Shown here piece by piece: positions 59,344 to 64,000 of a DNA stretch of 64,000 bases. Position 1 is the stretch's first letter. Every line of letters begins with the position of its first letter. This DNA is from Patescibacteria group bacterium (GTDB lineage: Bacteria > Patescibacteriota > Microgenomatia > UBA1400 > PJMF01). The notes under the pieces were generated by a model. It was not told the DNA's origin. It ran no database searches and saw only the letters and a program-made list of their open reading frames with translations. The DNA is taken from positions 3,557-67,556 of the forward strand of contig JBGTEY010000008.1 of NCBI GenBank assembly GCA_041747555.1. The letters run 5' to 3'. The position numbers were made by a program, and so were the translations under genes.

Positions 59344-60114
59344 ATGTCAAAAAAATCACGCCTCACCATCACATTAGACGAGCGACTCTTAAAAGAAGTC
59401 GACCTTCTGGTTGATGGGAATAAAATTAGAAGTCGTTCTCATGCGATTGAAACTTTGGTCAGACACGGCCTGACCCCTCGAGTAACTGAGGCAGTTCTCT
59501 TGGCTGGTGGAGATCGTGAGCAGACCTATGCACTCAATCGCGATAGTGGTCGACCGCTTTTGGCTGGCACGATTGAAGACTTGAGAGCTGCGGGAATTAC
59601 CACAGTTTTTATTTGTGGAGGGAGAAATAATCAGGCAATTCAAGATGTGTTTGGTGATGGTGCGGATTTTGGGATTTCTCTTAAATATATTGAAGAAGAA
59701 AAAAATATGGGCACCGCAGGTGCCCTTACACTCGTGGAACCTGAAATGAGCGGCAAGTCAATTGTGGTTATTCATGATGACGTGATTTCTGAGATCGATT
59801 TTTCTGATGTTATTGAATTTCATATCGCAGAAAATACCCAAGCCACAATGGCGGTGAAACCAGAGTTTGACGAAGAACGCTACGGCCAGGTTATGCTCCA
59901 TGGCAACAAAATTACTGAGTTTAACGCCCGCGGAAGCAAGGGAATCAGCATCGTGAATCTGGGAATGTATGTGCTGACGCAAGAGGTGCTGCAAGGTATT
60001 CCGAGAAATTCATATTCTAAATTAGAGACCGATGTCTTTCCTGGACTTGCTGCTAATGGTGAGTTAAGTGGATTTGTGTATCAAGGGAGTTGGCGAAATG
60101 TGTCGCGTGGGTGA
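59344..60114 (+). CDS. Ribbon-helix-helix (CopG-like) domain fused to a sugar-phosphate nucleotidyltransferase domain
   Basis: N-terminal LTITLDERLLKEVDLL...SRSHAIETLV (RHH-like), then LLAGGDRE...GTAGAL nucleotidyltransferase blocks. Confidence 0.4.
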   Translation: MSKKSRLTITLDERLLKEVDLLVDGNKIRSRSHAIETLVRHGLTPRVTEAVLLAGGDREQTYALNRDSGRPLLAGTIEDLRAAGITTVFICGGRNNQAIQDVFGDGADFGISLKYIEEEKNMGTAGALTLVEPEMSGKSIVVIHDDVISEIDFSDVIEFHIAENTQATMAVKPEFDEERYGQVMLHGNKITEFNARGSKGISIVNLGMYVLTQEVLQGIPRNSYSKLETDVFPGLAANGELSGFVYQGSWRNVSRG

Positions 60115-60387
60115 TTAGATTTCCGCAATCTCAATTTTGAGCTCAATTAATTCATTTTTTTGATCTTTCGTTAATTTTTTAATACTAAATTCGGCTTTTT
60201 GTGCCTCTGATCTTGAAGGATATTCTCTGCTAAAAACCAGCGCGACTGGTCTTCTTGGTCTAGTATATTTTGCTCCCAAACTGGACGTGTTGTGCTCCTC
60301 GACTCTGCGTTCAATATCGGTAGTAATGCCGGTGTATAGTGTGCCGTCGTTGCATTTGAGGATGTAGGTGTGGTAGGTTTTTGGCAT
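60115..60387 (-). CDS. GIY-YIG nuclease-family small protein (UPF0213-like)
   Basis: YHTYILKCNDGTLYTGITTDIERRVEEHN. Confidence 0.65.
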   Translation of the reverse strand: MPKTYHTYILKCNDGTLYTGITTDIERRVEEHNTSSLGAKYTRPRRPVALVFSREYPSRSEAQKAEFSIKKLTKDQKNELIELKIEIAEI

Positions 60388-60456
60388 TTTTCTAAAACTG
60401 CTTTTGTACGGGTATCATAGTCACACCGCGCTCACAAAACCACTACAACTGGTACA

Positions 60457-61599
60457 ATGCAGAAACACATGATGGAACAATTGCGCACGCGAATCCAACA
60501 AGCTGTTCAAGTACTTTTTTCACTCACTCCCCGACAAAAAGCAGTGTTACTTAGCGCTGTGCTCATCGGCACTGTGCTCAGTACCTATCTGGTGCTCATG
60601 CAGCAAGAAACTCCTCAAGTTGAGGCTGGGGAAGTGCTTGGTGTGCAACCAGAAGACCTGATGCTCACGGACCTTCCAGCGGACCCGATTCTAGAAGAAA
60701 CCAAGGTCATTACCATTCTCCTTCTTGGTTACGGAGGCGCAGGTCATCAAGGAGGAATGTTGTCTGATGCAATTCAGCTGGCGAGCATTGATTTTGAGAA
60801 GAAACAGATCAGTTTAGTATCTATTCCTCGTGATTTATCTGTCAAATTGCCCGGAGTCGGAGAGCGAAAAATTAACGAGGCATTTTCATTGGGTGACGGT
60901 GATGATGTGATTGAGAGCGGTGCGAATGTGGCAAAGCAGATGGCGCAAGCGGTTACGGGCATGCCCGTGCATTACTATGCAGCGATAGATTTTGTGGGAT
61001 TGAAACGCCTAATTGGTGAAGAATTTGGCGGCATTACCGTGCAAGTAGAAGAAACACTTGACGACCCTTGGTACCCCATTTCAGGTCGAGAACAAGATCC
61101 GTGTGAGTACTCACCTGATGAAATTGCTGAACTTACTAATACTCTCTCTGGATTTGAACTTGAAAGAAAATTTGAGTGCCGCTACGAGCATATTTACTTC
61201 CCGGTCGGTGAAGTTGAAATGAACGGTGGCGATGCGTTGGCATTTGTGCGATCGCGACATGGATCTGCAGGGGGTGATTTTTCTCGGAGTCGAAGGCAGT
61301 GGTCGTTGTTGTTGGCGATTCGTGATGAGTTGTTTTCTTTGGATGCGCTTAAATCTATCGAGCCAACCTATGAATTTGTGACAAAACATGTTTCTACCGA
61401 TGTTGACCTCAAATTTCTTACCAAAATTGCCCCTGCCCTTGCCAATTCTGAAGAATTTGAGGTAAAACGTGTTGGAATTAGTACGGATAATATTTTGATA
61501 TCAAGCAGAAATAGTCGCGGGCAGTTTGTTTTGTATCCCAAATCTGGAGCATCTGATTGGCAGAGTGTGCAGGATTATGTGGCGCGGGAGGTGGAGTGA
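60457..61599 (+). CDS. LytR-CpsA-Psr (LCP) family cell-envelope phosphotransferase
   Basis: N-terminal TM helix and the ILLLGYG...LSDAIQLASID...LVSIPRDL LCP core. Confidence 0.6.
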   Translation: MQKHMMEQLRTRIQQAVQVLFSLTPRQKAVLLSAVLIGTVLSTYLVLMQQETPQVEAGEVLGVQPEDLMLTDLPADPILEETKVITILLLGYGGAGHQGGMLSDAIQLASIDFEKKQISLVSIPRDLSVKLPGVGERKINEAFSLGDGDDVIESGANVAKQMAQAVTGMPVHYYAAIDFVGLKRLIGEEFGGITVQVEETLDDPWYPISGREQDPCEYSPDEIAELTNTLSGFELERKFECRYEHIYFPVGEVEMNGGDALAFVRSRHGSAGGDFSRSRRQWSLLLAIRDELFSLDALKSIEPTYEFVTKHVSTDVDLKFLTKIAPALANSEEFEVKRVGISTDNILISSRNSRGQFVLYPKSGASDWQSVQDYVAREVE

Positions 61600-62060
61600 T
61601 GTCTGAAGCTACATCCCCAAAATCAAACCGTCAACACTTCCTCGTCGCCGTTCATGCATTTTTTATGAAAAATAATACAGTGTTGCTGCTCAAAAGAGCC
61701 AATAGCGGGTACATGGATGGGTTTTGGAGCGTGCCTGCGGGGCATGTTGATGGTGGTGAGACAATTTGGGAGGCGATGCAACGGGAAATACTAGAGGAAA
61801 TTGGAATTGCTGTTTCTAAGGCGCCTACTCCCGCACATGTGATGCATCGAATTATTGCCAGTGAAGAATCTGAGCGGATTGATTATTTTTTCAAAATTAC
61901 TGATTGGAGTGGCGAGCCTGAAAATTGTGAGGATGAGAAGTGTGATGGGTTGGAGTGGTATTCTTCGAGTGATTTGCCTGAGAAGATGGTGCCGTATGTG
62001 AAGTTTGGGTTGGAGAAGGTTTTGGATGGGGTGATTTTTAGTGAGTTTCTGGAGGGGTGA
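61599..62060 (+). CDS. NUDIX hydrolase (start overlaps the LCP stop, TGATG)
   Basis: Nudix box GHVDGGETIWEAMQREILEEIGI. Confidence 0.7.
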   Translation: MSEATSPKSNRQHFLVAVHAFFMKNNTVLLLKRANSGYMDGFWSVPAGHVDGGETIWEAMQREILEEIGIAVSKAPTPAHVMHRIIASEESERIDYFFKITDWSGEPENCEDEKCDGLEWYSSSDLPEKMVPYVKFGLEKVLDGVIFSEFLEG

Positions 62061-62070
62061 AAATGTAATT

Positions 62071-62376
62071 ATGCAGCAAAAAATAACAATCAAAAACAAC
62101 CGCAATCTCCTCCTCTCTGCTCTTGTCGATCGACCACAAAAAAAAGGCGTTTTTCCCACAATCATGTTTTTGCATGGCTTCAAAGGATATAAAGAAGAAG
62201 CGTCCTATGTAGATCTAGCGGAGCGTTTATTGGAGCATGATATTGCTAGTGTTCGTTTTGATGCTTCTGGGTTTGGGGATAGCGAAGGGACTTTGGAGGA
62301 TGATTATCGATTTTCAAATTATATTGATGACACAGATCCGCATGAGCGATTGTCAACTACCTGGATAAAAAATTAA
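62071..62376 (+). pseudogene. N-terminal fragment of an alpha/beta-hydrolase that stops before the nucleophile elbow
   Basis: TIMFLHGFKGY...SGFGDSEG N-terminal α/β-hydrolase blocks, then termination with no GxSxG. Confidence 0.35.
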
Positions 62377-62381
62377 AAAAC

Positions 62382-62648
62382 ATGAAAAAAAACATATCGA
62401 ACTACGTTCCATTTGAGCATGAGAATCTTGATTATAAGAAAAAAATTTTAGAAGTTGCGCGCGATCAAGACAATTCTTTGCAGGGTGTTTTAACTTCCAC
62501 ATTGATATTTATTAATGCAATTGATTATATTGCTTCTCACCTATTGGAAAACCTAAAAATAATAAATCATCTAATCACTCATAGAGAAATGGGAGGAGTT
62601 GTTTTTGTCGCTCATCCAAAACAAAAAAAGGTTCGCCTCTTGGAGTAA
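62382..62648 (+). CDS. Small hypothetical protein in an AT-rich islet
   Basis: ORF only; AT-rich codon usage. Confidence 0.25.
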   Translation: MKKNISNYVPFEHENLDYKKKILEVARDQDNSLQGVLTSTLIFINAIDYIASHLLENLKIINHLITHREMGGVVFVAHPKQKKVRLLE

Positions 62649-62989
62649 TGATTAAAGATCTGAGAAATTACGATTTTCCTGATAAAAAAGATTTTATGAC
62701 AGAGTTGGATGAATTCAACAAATTGAGGATAACGTACATTCATAGACTTTTGTCTACCAATCCAGATGCAATTGTGAGTAAAATTGATAAAGACTTAGCC
62801 AATCTTAAAAACCTGGCTGAGAGTTTACTAATAAGATATGACAATCTTGTGAAAGGCGTCACAAGCTCATGGTTTGTATATTTAGAAAAAGTAAGAAATG
62901 AAACCGCGAGTGATATTCCAATTGAAGAATTAGAGAAAGAGTCGCCCATAGGTTCAAAAAAAGGAAAAAGCGATGCTTCCAGTAAGTAG
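62648..62989 (+). CDS. Small hypothetical protein, translationally coupled (TAATG) to the preceding ORF
   Basis: ORF only. Confidence 0.25.
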   Translation: MIKDLRNYDFPDKKDFMTELDEFNKLRITYIHRLLSTNPDAIVSKIDKDLANLKNLAESLLIRYDNLVKGVTSSWFVYLEKVRNETASDIPIEELEKESPIGSKKGKSDASSK

Positions 62990-63041
62990 AAAAGTTTTTT
63001 CAAATTCGAAAAATAAGCAAAGAATTTGGTTCATAACTTTG

Positions 63042-63115
63042 TGAGCCAGGTGGGACTCGAACCCACGACACTCTGCTTAAGAGGCAGATGCTCTAACCGA
63101 CTGAGCTACTGGCCC
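63042..63115 (-). tRNA. tRNA-Lys (CTT)
   Basis: The reverse complement gives GGGCCAG...TCTGC-CTCTTAA-GCAGA...GGGTTCGAGTCCCAC-CTGGCTC. Confidence 0.8.
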
Positions 63116-63169
63116 GACTTTCGTCGAGAGGTAATTATACCAAAAGAAGCCTGTATTTAGTGATACACT

Positions 63170-63820
63170 TTGGATATGACGTCTGAACAAGAAGCGGAGC
63201 TTCACAGGCGAGAAGCTATTAAACACGAAATTGCTCAGCTGTTCCCGGTTTCATTTGAGAAAATTCTCCTGTCATATCAAGGACTGGCACTGACGGAGAC
63301 CCTGACTGAGGACGACTTTTTTGCTGAAATGGCGGAGTTGATCGACGTCGTCTATGCGGGTGAGGAGTTTAGCGATGCGGTAAATATGGCACTGTATGCT
63401 CTCATGGAGGATACACTGCTCTTGGTCGACCAGGACCTTTCAAAAAGAAAAATCGACAGCATCACCATTGGTACCCTTCTTAATAAAATGCTCAATGCTG
63501 ATACTGAGCAACTCCTTAGGTTTGTGAATGAGCTCATTACCCTTCTCCAGAAGGGTCTGTCAAATGTTGTTGAGGCGGATGAATTTGTTTCCAGTCTCAG
63601 CGTAGAGGATGTTCTTGAGATGCCCGAGAAGTGGCGAGACATGCTGCATCAAAAACTATATCTTAAGGTGCGTTTTTTCATGCTTGGGCAAATGCTCAAT
63701 CTTGCTCCAGTTGCAGAAAAACATCTAAACACCATGGTTACGCAGTATAAAAAAGGCAATGAGTTGAGCGATACGGAGTTTTTGAAGGTTTGGTTGGATG
63801 AGACGTTGAGCGGAGAGTAA
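63170..63820 (+). CDS. Acidic hypothetical protein
   Basis: ORF only. Confidence 0.35.
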   Translation: MDMTSEQEAELHRREAIKHEIAQLFPVSFEKILLSYQGLALTETLTEDDFFAEMAELIDVVYAGEEFSDAVNMALYALMEDTLLLVDQDLSKRKIDSITIGTLLNKMLNADTEQLLRFVNELITLLQKGLSNVVEADEFVSSLSVEDVLEMPEKWRDMLHQKLYLKVRFFMLGQMLNLAPVAEKHLNTMVTQYKKGNELSDTEFLKVWLDETLSGE

Positions 63821-63827
63821 AAACCTG

Positions 63828-63901
63828 TGCGCCAGGAGGGATTCGAACCCCCGACCCTTTGTTCCGAAGACAAATGCTCTAATCCGCTGAGCTACTGGCG
63901 C
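63828..63901 (-). tRNA. tRNA-Arg (TCG)
   Basis: The reverse complement gives GCGCCAG...TTTGT-CTTCGGA-ACAAA...GGGTTCGAATCCCTC-CTGGCGC. Confidence 0.75.
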
Positions 63902-64000
63902 GATAAGTTGGTATTATAGCACTATGCACCAAGAAGATGAATTGAGTCCAGAAGAATTTAGAGCGTTTAAATCATCTCAAGATCGTGGAACACCACTCAC

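Overview
This 64-kb window looks like a compact bacterial chromosome segment read in the standard genetic code (long ORFs, no in-frame TGA recoding). Genes are tightly packed with many 1–4 nt start/stop overlaps, and none of the five tRNAs encodes its CCA end. One stand-alone 16S rRNA lies on the minus strand with divergent decoding-centre bases and no 23S downstream. Together these suggest a small-genome, CPR/Patescibacteria-like organism, although the 16S base at position 912 is C rather than the Saccharibacteria U. Most content is housekeeping. It includes tig (lacking its PPIase domain), miaB–miaA, RNase P RNA, uppP, comM, gap, pyrH, a FemAB-family gene, pcrA, tpiA, a CIRCE-controlled clpB–tRNA-Ile–lon heat-shock unit, mnmA, uvrC/uvrA/uvrB, folC, lexA, gpmI, eno, a GDP-sugar-type module, and LCP, NUDIX and GIY-YIG genes. 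The stand-out accessory region spans ~27.0–36.2 kb and is interleaved with uvrC/uvrA/uvrB. It carries two RimK-type ATP-grasp ligases and a third divergent ATP-grasp protein. It also carries a protein with an HExxxH motif and a nearby QEGLA-like motif, a 7TM membrane protein, a PF04020 holin-family protein, and a membrane-anchored transglutaminase-like protein whose Cys-His-Asp triad is intact. I read this as a split version of the proteobacterial 7TM-transglutaminase / alpha-L-glutamate-ligase-like / QEGLA cassette, here duplicated and embedded in the uvr operon, and possibly a peptide-ligation or protein-crosslinking system. No CRISPR array, transposase, 23S or 5S was found. All assignments rest on motifs recognised by eye, not on database searches.
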